Part shown: positions 17,851 through 28,225 of the stretch, one piece after another
Numbering within the stretch: the first letter of the stretch is position 1
How the letters are laid out: each line of letters opens with the position of its first letter
NCBI GenBank assembly: GCA_028820695.1
Contig: JAPPIB010000008.1
Location: 1,395 to 65,394 of the forward strand
DNA length: 64,000 nt
Reading direction: 5' to 3'
DNA from: Acidiferrobacterales bacterium
GTDB taxonomy: Bacteria; Pseudomonadota; Gammaproteobacteria; Arenicellales; JAJDZL01
Translations under genes and position numbers: made by a program
The notes under the pieces: generated by a model
Told to the model about the DNA's origin: nothing
The model's database searches: none
The model's input: only the letters and a program-made list of their open reading frames with translations

Positions 17851-19221
17851 TCAGAAATCCAACTTGTTGGTATTCGGCCACTTGGGGTCGTCAATGCTGA
17901 TATCCCCGATTTCGGCTGCGAATGCGTCAGCCACCAAGTCCGCTACGTTGCTGCCAGTCAGAGTCAGCAGAAATGCTTCCAAGTCATCGATTTCAGATTC
18001 AGTTAAATTCAGTGGACGGATGAACGGTGACAGCAGTTCGTTGGCAATGCCGCCTTCGTTGTAAAACTCAATGACTTCCCTCAGGGTGTTGAACTGCCCG
18101 TTATGCATATACGGTGCGGTCAACGTAATGTTTCGAAGAGTCTGAGTGCGGAACTTCCAGCGATCATTCGGATTTTCGGTAATTCGATACAAGCCCAGGT
18201 CATTGGTGTTTCTGTTTCTTGAGACAGACAGAATGGTCTGATTGGGAACATCCGCAAAAATGCCCGGTGCCAACTGTACCCGCGTGGTTCGACTGTCCGT
18301 TGAGGAAGGCTGACCGGCTGATACCGCATATCCGAGCCCGGTGTTGTGAAAGTCATGGTCAACGAACAATGCATGGTCTTCCCCAACCCTGTGACAGACG
18401 ATGCACTGCCCCTTCCCGGAGAATACACCAAAGCCCTTCTTTGCAGATTCACTGATCGCATCGGCCTGTCCACCAAAATACCAGCGATCAAAAGGCGCAT
18501 CGCCCGAAAGCAAAACCCTTTGGTAACTAGCGAGTGCAAATCCGATCGTCGCGATGTCCGGACCGCGATTGTCAAATGCCGCCTCAAACAAACCATCGTA
18601 ATCCTGAATTTGCTGAATTTTCCTGATGACATACCCAATCGACGGGGCGGCCATTTCATTTCTGGCAGTGATCGGCTGCCAGACCTGGTTCTCAAGACTG
18701 ATTTCCCGGCCATCGAGAAAAAGGTTTTCCTGGTAGGCTACGTTGTATAGCGTGGGAGAATTGCGCAGAACCGAACGTCCCTCAACGCCGACAGCGGTGG
18801 CGAGTTCATTGTTTGTAAATCCCTGTTCAGGAATATGACAGACCGCACACGACAGCGTGTTGTTGATCGACAGCCGGCGGTCAAAAAACAGCTTCCGGCC
18901 GAGATCGATCTTTTCGCGCGTGATGGGATTGTCCTCGGGGAACACAACCTGCGGCAGACCCAGAGGAGGATTCTCCACGTAGCGCATGAGGTCTTTCTTG
19001 ACACCGCGCCTTTCCAGCAGACTTCTGGAATCAGTGCGATACTCTTCGCTCTCGTAACCTTCCTTGACGTCACCCGGCCCGAAAGCCTGGCTGGCATCAA
19101 ATTGCTGATCGGAATCCAGTTCTCCACTGGTGCTCGACAATGCCGGCAACACAACCAGCAGGCACAACAATCCGCCGACTGACCAATAACCGAACGGCAA
19201 AAATCTGGATTTGCACCTCAT
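17851..19221 (-). CDS. di-haem cytochrome c peroxidase family protein (MauG-like)
   Basis: 456-aa ORF with a signal peptide and two CxxCH haem motifs (CAVCH, CIVCH). Confidence 0.85.
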   Translation of the reverse strand: MRCKSRFLPFGYWSVGGLLCLLVVLPALSSTSGELDSDQQFDASQAFGPGDVKEGYESEEYRTDSRSLLERRGVKKDLMRYVENPPLGLPQVVFPEDNPITREKIDLGRKLFFDRRLSINNTLSCAVCHIPEQGFTNNELATAVGVEGRSVLRNSPTLYNVAYQENLFLDGREISLENQVWQPITARNEMAAPSIGYVIRKIQQIQDYDGLFEAAFDNRGPDIATIGFALASYQRVLLSGDAPFDRWYFGGQADAISESAKKGFGVFSGKGQCIVCHRVGEDHALFVDHDFHNTGLGYAVSAGQPSSTDSRTTRVQLAPGIFADVPNQTILSVSRNRNTNDLGLYRITENPNDRWKFRTQTLRNITLTAPYMHNGQFNTLREVIEFYNEGGIANELLSPFIRPLNLTESEIDDLEAFLLTLTGSNVADLVADAFAAEIGDISIDDPKWPNTNKLDF

Positions 19222-19227
19222 CGGACA

Positions 19228-19947
19228 TTATTCCGATTTGGATTCCAGCAACAGCGTATCCAAGTCGTTCATCAGAATGTCGGGGTGCAGAAACGAGACA
19301 CTGTAGATATTGCGAACATCCCGCTTTTTGTCGATCAGGTAGACCCGGAGCATATGCACATACTCGTCCATGTGCACACCATGCTCATCATGAGGCTTGA
19401 CTGCGAACTGACCATAGCCGTCCAGTATCGGCTGCAAGTCAGTTTGACTGTCTGTTGTCAGAAATTCCCAGTCGACACCGCCTCGATGGAACGACTTTGC
19501 CACGCCGGAAATGATTTCCGGCTTGTCAAATTCAGGATCGAATGAAACCGTCAGCAAGGCAACCTCTTCAGCCAGTTCCGGACGTTGATTGATCCTGGAC
19601 TGGACCTTGTAAAGCACTGCGTTCGCCAGCGGACATCCATTGACATCCGTACAGCGGGTGAAAATGAAACTGAGAAAAACAAACCGATCGGACATGAGAT
19701 CATGCAGACTCGCCATGGATCGATCACCCTTGACCACCGTACCATCGGTGGCGGGCATGATCACCGGCAACTGGTAAGTTCCGGCAGCAGGCGGTTCGTA
19801 GGGCAGTTCACCCCAACCGGGCCCCCTGGACGCGGAATGAACCAGAGCAGTCGTACACGTCAAACTCAGTACCGCCATCAACAAGATCCGTCTGCAACGT
19901 ACAGAGTTCATTGTGTCGACTGCCCCCAAGAGATCTTCTGATCTCAA
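19228..19947 (-). CDS. SCO1/SenC-family copper chaperone (thioredoxin fold)
   Basis: 239-aa ORF with the CxxxC motif in FIFTRCTDVNGCP. It sits 6 nt upstream of the MauG-like gene. Confidence 0.8.
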   Translation of the reverse strand: MRSEDLLGAVDTMNSVRCRRILLMAVLSLTCTTALVHSASRGPGWGELPYEPPAAGTYQLPVIMPATDGTVVKGDRSMASLHDLMSDRFVFLSFIFTRCTDVNGCPLANAVLYKVQSRINQRPELAEEVALLTVSFDPEFDKPEIISGVAKSFHRGGVDWEFLTTDSQTDLQPILDGYGQFAVKPHDEHGVHMDEYVHMLRVYLIDKKRDVRNIYSVSFLHPDILMNDLDTLLLESKSE

Positions 19948-19984
19948 TGCTGTTCCGATCGGTTTACGGCAATCCTGGACCGGA

Positions 19985-21349
19985 TCAGTTCAATCCACCG
20001 TTGACTCTGATTGCGTCAACTTTCGCAAACTTGGAATTCGGGTTGACTTTCCCGTAAATCGAGTATGAGCCGAACCGCATCTGGTGAGCCCGTCCGAGTC
20101 CTTCCGCATAGAAGTCGACGGTCCACTTGTGCGTCAGTTTTTCGCCATCCCAATGATAAAGCTTTACATACTGCTCATCATCATCTCCGAGCTTGTCCCA
20201 ATTGCCCAACAGCGAGCTTGAGAAATAAACCCGTTCGCCGTCCCAGCTCTGCGACACCATATTGATTTGCTTGCCGATCACTTCCTCGTATGTCTGCTTT
20301 GGCGCATGTGGATCCGAGATGTCAAAATATCGTGCCTTCCCCTCAAGGAAAGTATCGACCCACAGACCCTTGTCATCGGATGTGATGGAAATGTCAACTG
20401 GCAACGGTACCGATGAGGGATCGCCTATGTCGGCTACCGCTTTGGCTTGCCACTCACCCTGATCGTCTTCGTAGATCAGCCAGATTTGAGAGGTCAATGC
20501 TGTACTGGTGAAACAGTATCGATTGTCCGCACCCCAGGCACAGCGGATCTCGAGCGGTGTACCCGGAACATCAAGCACCTTTTTGGGCTTTCTCGCATGC
20601 ATGTCCCACACAATCATGGTGTTCCCGAATCGTTTCATCGCCGCACCATCCTGCAACATCTGACCGAAGTCCATCATGTAGTTCGACCAGCCGGTGAAGG
20701 AGGAGGTCAACATGATGTTCAGGTCTGCCTTCACACGAACATCGTAGCCGTATCCATCAGCAAACTGGCCTGACTTGACAGCACCGCGCAAATCGGAGTC
20801 CGTTGGCATCCAATGGGTCGCGACATATTCGCCGGCATTGTTGTATTCTGCCATTCCGGTACGCCCGCCATGATCCACATTATTGGACAGTGCGGTGACC
20901 ATCATGCGACCAGGCAGCGCATAGAACGTATGCGGCCCGACCAATCCACCGGACTTCTCTGTGAAATCAGTAACAACCTTGTGCAGAGTCGGCTTGCGCG
21001 GATCGCTGTGAATGTCGAATATAAAAATCTGATTGGTATCCAGACCGCCCGCCCAGAGGTACTTGCGGTCATCCGACAGTCCTGAATGATGTGCCTCATT
21101 TCGACCGCCGACCGACAGGACATTGACCACCGAGCCATAAGACTCGGAACTTGGATTTGCATCTATCGTGACCAACTTGTCCTGCTCGTCTCCAACACCT
21201 TCGACTCCCAGTGTCCAGACATATACGTAGTCTTCCTGACCGGTAATCTTGGCGATATACGGAGACATGCATGTCTCGTCAGCTTGTGCATTAGACACTG
21301 ATGCCAATGGTATTACCGACGCAATGACTAAACTTATGATTCGCTTCAT
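19985..21349 (-). CDS. mtoX: SBP56 (selenium-binding protein) family; methanethiol oxidase-like
   Basis: 454-aa ORF with a signal peptide (MKRIISLVIASVIPLASVSNAQA) and SBP56-type beta-propeller blocks (YVYVWTLG..., GGRNEAHHSG, GPHTFYALPG). GGAGGA lies 8 nt before the ATG. It shares the gene order mtoX-SCO1-mauG. Confidence 0.8.
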   Translation of the reverse strand: MKRIISLVIASVIPLASVSNAQADETCMSPYIAKITGQEDYVYVWTLGVEGVGDEQDKLVTIDANPSSESYGSVVNVLSVGGRNEAHHSGLSDDRKYLWAGGLDTNQIFIFDIHSDPRKPTLHKVVTDFTEKSGGLVGPHTFYALPGRMMVTALSNNVDHGGRTGMAEYNNAGEYVATHWMPTDSDLRGAVKSGQFADGYGYDVRVKADLNIMLTSSFTGWSNYMMDFGQMLQDGAAMKRFGNTMIVWDMHARKPKKVLDVPGTPLEIRCAWGADNRYCFTSTALTSQIWLIYEDDQGEWQAKAVADIGDPSSVPLPVDISITSDDKGLWVDTFLEGKARYFDISDPHAPKQTYEEVIGKQINMVSQSWDGERVYFSSSLLGNWDKLGDDDEQYVKLYHWDGEKLTHKWTVDFYAEGLGRAHQMRFGSYSIYGKVNPNSKFAKVDAIRVNGGLN

Positions 21350-21874
21350 CGAATTCTTCCTCCAATTTTTTCCAAACTTGCTACTTTCCAGTATGATGCC
21401 GAATGCATCGTATCAAAAATGCCCTTATATCGTATTGTTGCAGCCATAAGCAAGTATGTACCCTGGCTCATTGGAAATGAGGCTTTGCAGCCAATGAGGC
21501 ACGAACCCACACACAAAAACAATATTTCATCCCAGGTCGAAGTAATCGGGGAGGATCAACCAGTATCAGGGAATTCAGCGATTGATCCGATGGACACAAA
21601 AGACCGGTAATTGGAGAGAAATTCCTGCTCGATCGCTGCAGTTGGACTCAAGAAGAATTCGTAAAAATGCTGGTCCAGCACACGATTCGGATGGCTGATA
21701 CCGCTTGACATCATAGCCGCAACCTGAGATCGCCAAATGAGACACACCGGAGCAAGGCGGGAGCGAATGACATTGCGGCAATTCCATGAACCTTGCAAAT
21801 TGTCTGGAGCACGTCTGACACCTTGGGGATTCTCACCTGTCCGACCAAAGTCGAACAGCCCCCAATCCGTTCAT

Positions 21875-22699
21875 TCATCGCAATGAACAGTCTTGCATAT
21901 CGTCCCCGCGCAAGCCTGCGCCGCGCACCGCCGCACAAGTACGCTCGATTTTCGCATGTAAGGAATTGGCCCGACCTGCATGAATCGGGGGCGTTTTAAG
22001 ACCACTCATCAATAAAGCGAAGTAGCGTTCGAAACATGCAGTCAATCCCTCGTCTGGGACGCAGGCTGCAATCTGATCAAGTTCTTCGGCCAAACTCGCA
22101 CTTCTCACCGCTGCATGCTCACGGACCTGTCGATGAAACTGATTCAGTTGTTCGTCCGTCTCTATCGCATTGTCAATCCAGGCCCTGAAGACGAACGCAC
22201 GTTCGACAAATTGACGGATGTCGGCCGCCATCGCGAGGCTGTTTTCGTCGGCGACAGGAAGATTCGGCATCATCCGCTGAATGATGCCTGAAAAAAGACC
22301 AAAGGAGTTTGTCCGCACAATATCACCGCGTGGATTGAAGACCGGAACGTCACCGACTCCGCAACTTGGGGACCTCGCCTTGAAAATGCAACCGCTGATT
22401 CCGGCAAGTCGGTCGGTGCGAACTTCAGCTGCAAGATCTGCCATCCGCTCGGTATAGTCCTGCCCTTCACCGCTTGCGGTAACCATGCGCAATTCTCCCG
22501 GCATGCCTTCAACCAGTATGAGCGGTGGCCTTGGAATGCCCATACCCAACTCCACTTCAGGACAGGTCGGCAACAGTTCCGCAACCGGTGCGAGTGTGTC
22601 AATGATCGTCCGGATTCGCTTGTGGCCGCCATCATAGCGGACTGATTCGCCGATCAGACAGCTGCTGATTCCTATCCTCATGCCCGCCTTGATCTTCAT
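21875..22699 (-). CDS. DUF523 + DUF1722 (YbgA-like) protein
   Basis: It starts MKIKAGMRIGISSCLIGESVRYDGGHK, a DUF523 signature. The track ORF (to 22873) was trimmed because its extension overlaps the divergent binding-protein gene. The C-terminal third is poorly conserved by eye. Confidence 0.65.
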   Translation of the reverse strand: MKIKAGMRIGISSCLIGESVRYDGGHKRIRTIIDTLAPVAELLPTCPEVELGMGIPRPPLILVEGMPGELRMVTASGEGQDYTERMADLAAEVRTDRLAGISGCIFKARSPSCGVGDVPVFNPRGDIVRTNSFGLFSGIIQRMMPNLPVADENSLAMAADIRQFVERAFVFRAWIDNAIETDEQLNQFHRQVREHAAVRSASLAEELDQIAACVPDEGLTACFERYFALLMSGLKTPPIHAGRANSLHAKIERTCAAVRGAGLRGDDMQDCSLR

Positions 22700-22775
22700 A
22701 CACCCATTCGAAATCACCGTTTGAATACACACGTATAATAATCCAACAATTCGATCCAACACCCGAGGGTCCGTC

Positions 22776-24479
22776 ATGTCGTACAAAACAATCCGCTCGC
22801 TGATTCTGGGAGTCGCCATACTGATTGTGGCAGCACCGCCAGTACCGGCTTCCCAGAAAGATACGCTGATCATTGGAATGTCTCAATTTCCAGCGTCATT
22901 TCACCCCAATTTCGAGGCCATGACAGCAAAGTACTACGCGCTCAACTTCACGATGCGCCCCTTCACCGCCTACGACAAGGATTGGAATCTTGTCTGCATG
23001 CTGTGTACACAGTTGCCCACGATGGAAAACGGCGGTGCAAGGCTGACTGATCTGGGAGATGGCAAACAGGGCATTGCGGTGACCTTCACAATACAGCCGG
23101 ATGCGACCTGGGGTGACGGAACACCCGTCACCACGCGGGATGTCGAGCATACGATTGAAGTTGGCAAGAATCCGGCAACCGGAGTTCTGGGCGCCGAATT
23201 CTATCGCCGGGTATTGTCCGTTGAAGTCGCTGATGACAAGACCTTCACTCTGCATATGGATCGCATCGACTACAAGTACAACGCGCTTGATCTCTACCTT
23301 GTCCCGGAGCACATAGACCGCGCGGTATACGCCGCGCCGGCTGAGTACAGGAACAGGAATATATACGACAACGATACCTACAACCCCGGACTGTACTTCG
23401 GGCCCTATCGAATCTCCAAGGTCGAGCCTGGCGCATATATTGAATTGGTGCGAAACGACACCTGGTATGGCAAGGCTCCCCATTTCTCAAAAATCATCAT
23501 CAGGATTATCGAGAACACTGCCGCGCTGGAAGCCAATTTGCTGTCGGGATCAGTTGACTATATCTCAGGCAGGCTTGGCGTCACTTTGGATCAGGCGCTC
23601 GCAATCCAAAAGCGTCACCCGGATGATTTCGACTTCATCTTCCGGCCCGGCCTGATCTATGAACACATCGACTTGAATCTTGACAACCCCATATTGGCGG
23701 ACCACCGTATTCGAATGGCTCTGATCTACGCCATTGACCGCCAGGCAATCAGCCAGCAGCTGTTCGGCGGGCAGCAACCGGTTGCTGACAGTTTTGTGAG
23801 TCCTCTCGACTCGATCTACAACCAGGACATCAAGAAATACGCCTATGACCCCGAACAAGCGTCACAACTGCTGAGCGAAGCCGGCTGGGTCAAGGCGGCA
23901 CCCTCTGAGGGTGATCGGGCCTGGACGGAGTCGGACGAAGGTCCGCGCCACAACAGTGACGGTGAACCCCTGCTGCTTGAATTCGGAACAACGTCCGGGT
24001 CCCGGGTCAGGGAGGCTGTTCAACAGATTCTGCAAATTCAGTGGAAACAGGTCGGAATCGACGTTCGGGTGCGCAATGAACCGGCTCGGGTGTTCTTCGG
24101 CGAAACAGTCGCCAAGCGACAATATCCGGGACTGGCGATGTATGCATGGGTCAGCGACCCGGAAAGCTCACCGAGAACCACCTTGCACTCGACCGAGATT
24201 CCAACTGAGGAAAACAGTTGGGTGGGTACAAATTTCCCAGGCTACCGAAACCCTGAGGTTGATCGCCTGATCGATGAGGTGGAAGTCACCCTGGATCGGG
24301 AAAAACGATTGATGCTGTTCGCTCAGATCCAGAATCACTACATTGCGGACCTTCCAGTCATACCACTGTACTACCGCTCTTCTTCCTTCATCATTCCGAA
24401 GTGGCTTAACGGCATGGAACCGACAGGAAATACCTCGACAACAACACTGTGGGCAGAATACTGGTCGGTGAACCAATGA
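22776..24479 (+). CDS. ABC-transporter substrate-binding protein, family 5 (peptide/nickel/opine type)
   Basis: 567-aa ORF with a signal peptide and typical family-5 architecture (DTLIIGMSQFPASFHPN...). Confidence 0.8.
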   Translation: MSYKTIRSLILGVAILIVAAPPVPASQKDTLIIGMSQFPASFHPNFEAMTAKYYALNFTMRPFTAYDKDWNLVCMLCTQLPTMENGGARLTDLGDGKQGIAVTFTIQPDATWGDGTPVTTRDVEHTIEVGKNPATGVLGAEFYRRVLSVEVADDKTFTLHMDRIDYKYNALDLYLVPEHIDRAVYAAPAEYRNRNIYDNDTYNPGLYFGPYRISKVEPGAYIELVRNDTWYGKAPHFSKIIIRIIENTAALEANLLSGSVDYISGRLGVTLDQALAIQKRHPDDFDFIFRPGLIYEHIDLNLDNPILADHRIRMALIYAIDRQAISQQLFGGQQPVADSFVSPLDSIYNQDIKKYAYDPEQASQLLSEAGWVKAAPSEGDRAWTESDEGPRHNSDGEPLLLEFGTTSGSRVREAVQQILQIQWKQVGIDVRVRNEPARVFFGETVAKRQYPGLAMYAWVSDPESSPRTTLHSTEIPTEENSWVGTNFPGYRNPEVDRLIDEVEVTLDREKRLMLFAQIQNHYIADLPVIPLYYRSSSFIIPKWLNGMEPTGNTSTTTLWAEYWSVNQ

Positions 24480-24551
24480 CTGACAGCAATTTGATTTACA
24501 ATTCATAGCTCTACCATTTAGTTATATTTCTCTGAAGGAGGCAACCCCACC

Positions 24552-25520
24552 ATGAAGAAAACTTTTGTCGCTATTGCCGCATCACTGTGCATGACATTGA
24601 CGGCAGGCATCATTCCAGCACAGAGTCAACAGCAGTTCGTCAGCATCGGAACTGGCGGCGTGACAGGTGTGTACTATCCGACAGGCGGAGCGATCTGCAG
24701 ACTGGTCAACAAGAACCGCAAGGACCATGGCATTCGCTGTTCCGCAGAATCAACCGGCGGCTCGATATACAACATCAACAATGTCCGTTCAGGCGAGTTG
24801 GAATTTGGAGTTGCACAGTCGGACTGGCAATTCCATGCATACCATGGAACCTCAAAGTTTGAGGACCAAGGAATGTTCGAGGGACTGAGAGCTGTCTTTT
24901 CGGTTCATCCCGAACCTGTTACGATCATCGCACACGATGACTCCGGAATCCAAAACATTTCGGACCTCAAGGGCATGCGCGTAAACATCGGAAATCCCGG
25001 TTCGGGCACACGCGGCACCTGGGAAGTGATCGAAGAAGCGATGGGTTGGAGTCGAAGCGATCTGAAACTCGCAGCAGAAATGAAGTCGGCTGAAACCGGT
25101 CAGGCAGTCTGCGACCGCAAGATTGACGCATATTTCTGGCTGGTCGGACATCCGTCCGCCTTGACCCAGGAGTCGCTGTCGACCTGTGCGACACACCTGG
25201 TCAACGCAACCGGCGCTGAGATCGACAAGCTGGTCGCCGACAATTCGTACTATCGAACTGCCACAATACCGGCAGGCATGTATAACAACGAATCAGACAT
25301 CAGTACCTTTGGTGTCGGCGCGACTTTTGTCACCAGTGCCGATGTTCCAGCTGAAGTCGTCTACGTTGTTGTCAAGGCAGTTTTTGAGAATTTCGAAGAC
25401 TTCAAGAAACTTCACCCCGCATTCGCCAATCTGAAACCTGAGGAAATGATTTCCGATTCGCTGTCCGCACCTCTCCACGACGGCGCAGCACAGTACTACA
25501 AGGAAAGAGGCTGGATGTAA
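24552..25520 (+). CDS. TAXI-family TRAP transporter solute receptor
   Basis: 322-aa ORF with a signal peptide and the signature FVSIGTGGVTGVYYPTGGAICRLVN. Confidence 0.85.
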   Translation: MKKTFVAIAASLCMTLTAGIIPAQSQQQFVSIGTGGVTGVYYPTGGAICRLVNKNRKDHGIRCSAESTGGSIYNINNVRSGELEFGVAQSDWQFHAYHGTSKFEDQGMFEGLRAVFSVHPEPVTIIAHDDSGIQNISDLKGMRVNIGNPGSGTRGTWEVIEEAMGWSRSDLKLAAEMKSAETGQAVCDRKIDAYFWLVGHPSALTQESLSTCATHLVNATGAEIDKLVADNSYYRTATIPAGMYNNESDISTFGVGATFVTSADVPAEVVYVVVKAVFENFEDFKKLHPAFANLKPEEMISDSLSAPLHDGAAQYYKERGWM

Positions 25521-25534
25521 CCGGAAGGTCCGAC

Positions 25535-25567
25535 AACCGGAGGAGATTGCAAGATCTCCTCCGGTTT
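25535..25567 (+). terminator. intra-operon hairpin/attenuator between the TAXI receptor and permease genes
   Basis: A 13-bp perfect stem (AACCGGAGGAGAT / tgcaag / ATCTCCTCCGGTT) is followed by T. Confidence 0.55.
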
Positions 25568-25603
25568 GCTATTGCAGATTGCGCACTCACAGACTGAGCC
25601 AGT

Positions 25604-28222
25604 ATGAATACAGACAAGAAACAAAGTGTGTCGGCACAAGAATTGCTTGCCAGTGCCGATACCGGATCACGAGCAGCCACCGGCTGGCAAGGCCGCCTGA
25701 TACTGATTATCGCGTTCATCTGGGCACTGTTCCAGATTTACATCTCATCGAATTTTCCATTCTTCCTCACTGAAGTTACGGGAATTCCCCTGGTGGTAAC
25801 CAGCGCGAATGCGCGGTTGATTCATCTGGCGTTCGCCTTTGTACTGGCGACAATGTCGTTTCCTTTGCTCAAGTCCAGTCCGAAGTCCCACATTCCATGG
25901 TACGACTGGATACTGATCGTTCTCGGAGTTGTTTCCTGTCTCTACATTGTCGTTCTGCGCAATGAGATTGCAGTAAGGGCGGGACTGCCGACTACCGGCG
26001 ATCTCATCGTCTCGACAATTGGCATGATCATGCTCGGAATCACGGTTTTTCGTGCACTTGGACTGCCGCTTTTAATTGTCGCATCAGTTTTTGTTCTCTA
26101 CGTATTCTTCGGCAATGCAGAATTTCTGCCGGATACGGTGCAGTGGAAAGGCGCATCGTACGGCAAGGCCATGTGGCACTACTGGATGCAGAACGAGGGA
26201 GTGTTCGGTGTCGCACTCGGAGTATCCGCCTCGCTCATATTCCTGTTCGTTCTGTTCGGGTCGATTCTGGAGAAGTCCGGTGCCGGAAATTTCTTCATCA
26301 AGGTGGCTTTTGCACTGCTTGGGCACCTGCGCGGTGGTCCGGCGAAGGCTGCGGTGCTCGCATCCGCTATGAGTGGTCTTTATTCCGGATCATCGATTGC
26401 AAATACCGTGACCACCGGCACGTTCACCATTCCCCTGATGAAGCGCACAGGCCTTTCTGCGGAAAAGGCCGGAGCGGTTGAAGTCGCATCCTCCACCAAT
26501 GGACAGCTCACTCCGCCGGTTATGGGGGCAGCGGCATTCCTGATCGCCGAATTCACCGGAATCAGTTATACCGAAATCATCAAGCACGCCCTCGTTCCGG
26601 CACTGGTGTCCTACATCGCACTGGTTTATATCGTTCACCTTGAGTCGCTGAAACTCAATCTGAAAGGATTGCCAAAACCACCGTCATCACTGACACTGAT
26701 GATGAAAATCATTGGATTTCTGGGTGGTTTCATCTTTATCGCCTTGCTCGGACTTGCAGTCTACTTTGGAATGGGCTGGATCAAGCATGCATTTCCGGCA
26801 GCATCCTTCACTGTTGTAGTCATATTGTGCTCGGTTGTCTATCTGGCTCTGATCTGGTATGCCTCGAAAAAAGATGACCTCACGGTTGACGCACCGGATG
26901 CGCCGATTACGGAACTTCCCCGAGCCGGCGCGACCGCGATCACCGGCCTGTATTACATTTTGCCGATCGTCATACTGATCTGGTGTATCGTGCTCGAACG
27001 ACTCTCACCTTCATTCTCCGCATTCTGGGCAATGGTCGCGATCACCATCGTCGCCGTAACCCAGCACCCCCTGAAGGCCCTGTTCCGAAAGACCGGCAAT
27101 CTGTCGCAGGAGTTCACAAGAGGCGTGACCGAATGGAAAGATGGAATGATTGCGGGCTCCACCAACATGGTGGCCATTGCAGTTGCCACCGGAGCGGCCG
27201 GAATCATTGTCGGAACGGTCTCACTGACTGGAGCACATCAGGTCGTCGGCGAATTCGTCGAGTTCCTGTCGGGCGGCAGTCTGATCGCGATGCTCATACT
27301 GGTTGCGATCATGAGCCTCATTCTCGGGATGGGGTTGCCGACTACCGCAAACTATATCGTCGTCTCATCATTGATGGCGCCGGTCATCCTGTTGCTGGGT
27401 GCCCAGAACGGGCTGGTTGTTCCTGTTATCGCAGTCCATCTGTTCGTCTTTTACTTTGGCATTCTGGCGGATGACACCCCACCTGTCGGACTCGCCGCTT
27501 TTGCGGCCGCCGCAATTTCAAAAGGCGACCCGATCAGGACGGGCATCCAGGGCTTCGCGTATGACATCCGAACCGCGTTGCTGCCATTTCTGTTCATTTT
27601 CAATACCGACTTGCTACTGATCGACGTTTCACCGGTGAAGGCGATCGTTGTCTTTGTCGTTGCGGTCATTGCAATGATGCTGTTTGCGTCGGCAACCCAA
27701 AGATATCTGCTGACCCGAAACAGGTTGGGGGAGTCCGCTTTATTGCTGCTCATCGCATTTACCCTGTTCCGGCCGGGCTATTGGCTGGATCAGGTACAAC
27801 CGCCACATCTGCGCGTCGAGCCGACCAAAGTCTACGACATTGTCCGTGACATCCCGCAAAACGGAGTCATGTCAGTGGTTATCAGCGGTCCTGATTTCGA
27901 TACCGGAGAGACTACCAGTACGACTGTACTCGTTCCTCTCGGCGACTTGGAGGAAGCGGAAAAACGGCTGACCGATGCGGGTCTGACCGTAATCAATGAG
28001 GATGGCCAGATGCGTATTGACGAACCATTTGTAGGAACCGACCTGTTCATCAAGATCGGCGACCTGTTCGATTTCTACGGAGATGATCCGGTCGTGATCG
28101 ACCATATCCAACAGCCGGCCGAGCGGATGCCGAAGGAAATTTTCTATATTCCAGCTCTCGTTTTGCTGGCTGGAGTACTCTTCATCCAGTCGAGACGAAA
28201 AAAACGTGAAGCGGTTGTTTAG
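25604..28222 (+). CDS. TRAP transporter fused 4TM/12TM permease (TAXI-associated) with a C-terminal DUF3394-like extension
   Basis: 872-aa polytopic membrane protein. The extra soluble segment of about 130 aa (EPTKVYDIVRDIPQNGVMSVVISGPDFD...) is followed by a final TM helix. Confidence 0.85.
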   Translation: MNTDKKQSVSAQELLASADTGSRAATGWQGRLILIIAFIWALFQIYISSNFPFFLTEVTGIPLVVTSANARLIHLAFAFVLATMSFPLLKSSPKSHIPWYDWILIVLGVVSCLYIVVLRNEIAVRAGLPTTGDLIVSTIGMIMLGITVFRALGLPLLIVASVFVLYVFFGNAEFLPDTVQWKGASYGKAMWHYWMQNEGVFGVALGVSASLIFLFVLFGSILEKSGAGNFFIKVAFALLGHLRGGPAKAAVLASAMSGLYSGSSIANTVTTGTFTIPLMKRTGLSAEKAGAVEVASSTNGQLTPPVMGAAAFLIAEFTGISYTEIIKHALVPALVSYIALVYIVHLESLKLNLKGLPKPPSSLTLMMKIIGFLGGFIFIALLGLAVYFGMGWIKHAFPAASFTVVVILCSVVYLALIWYASKKDDLTVDAPDAPITELPRAGATAITGLYYILPIVILIWCIVLERLSPSFSAFWAMVAITIVAVTQHPLKALFRKTGNLSQEFTRGVTEWKDGMIAGSTNMVAIAVATGAAGIIVGTVSLTGAHQVVGEFVEFLSGGSLIAMLILVAIMSLILGMGLPTTANYIVVSSLMAPVILLLGAQNGLVVPVIAVHLFVFYFGILADDTPPVGLAAFAAAAISKGDPIRTGIQGFAYDIRTALLPFLFIFNTDLLLIDVSPVKAIVVFVVAVIAMMLFASATQRYLLTRNRLGESALLLLIAFTLFRPGYWLDQVQPPHLRVEPTKVYDIVRDIPQNGVMSVVISGPDFDTGETTSTTVLVPLGDLEEAEKRLTDAGLTVINEDGQMRIDEPFVGTDLFIKIGDLFDFYGDDPVVIDHIQQPAERMPKEIFYIPALVLLAGVLFIQSRRKKREAVV

Positions 28223-28225
28223 CGT

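Noticed and set aside
17667-17894. 75-aa Trp-rich ORF whose stop overlaps the FkbM start (ATGA).
   Set aside because: It needs a TTG start located inside the 3' end of the MauG-like gene. It has no internal ATG, no family resemblance and no obvious RBS. It could be real but is unsupported.
21350-21875. Short overlapping ORFs (21556..21798, 21575..21787, 21711..21938) between the mtoX promoter and the YbgA-like gene; possible frameshifted DUF1722 C-terminus.
   Set aside because: I translated all three minus frames and could not match the conserved DUF1722 C-terminal pattern in any, so no pseudogene call is made.
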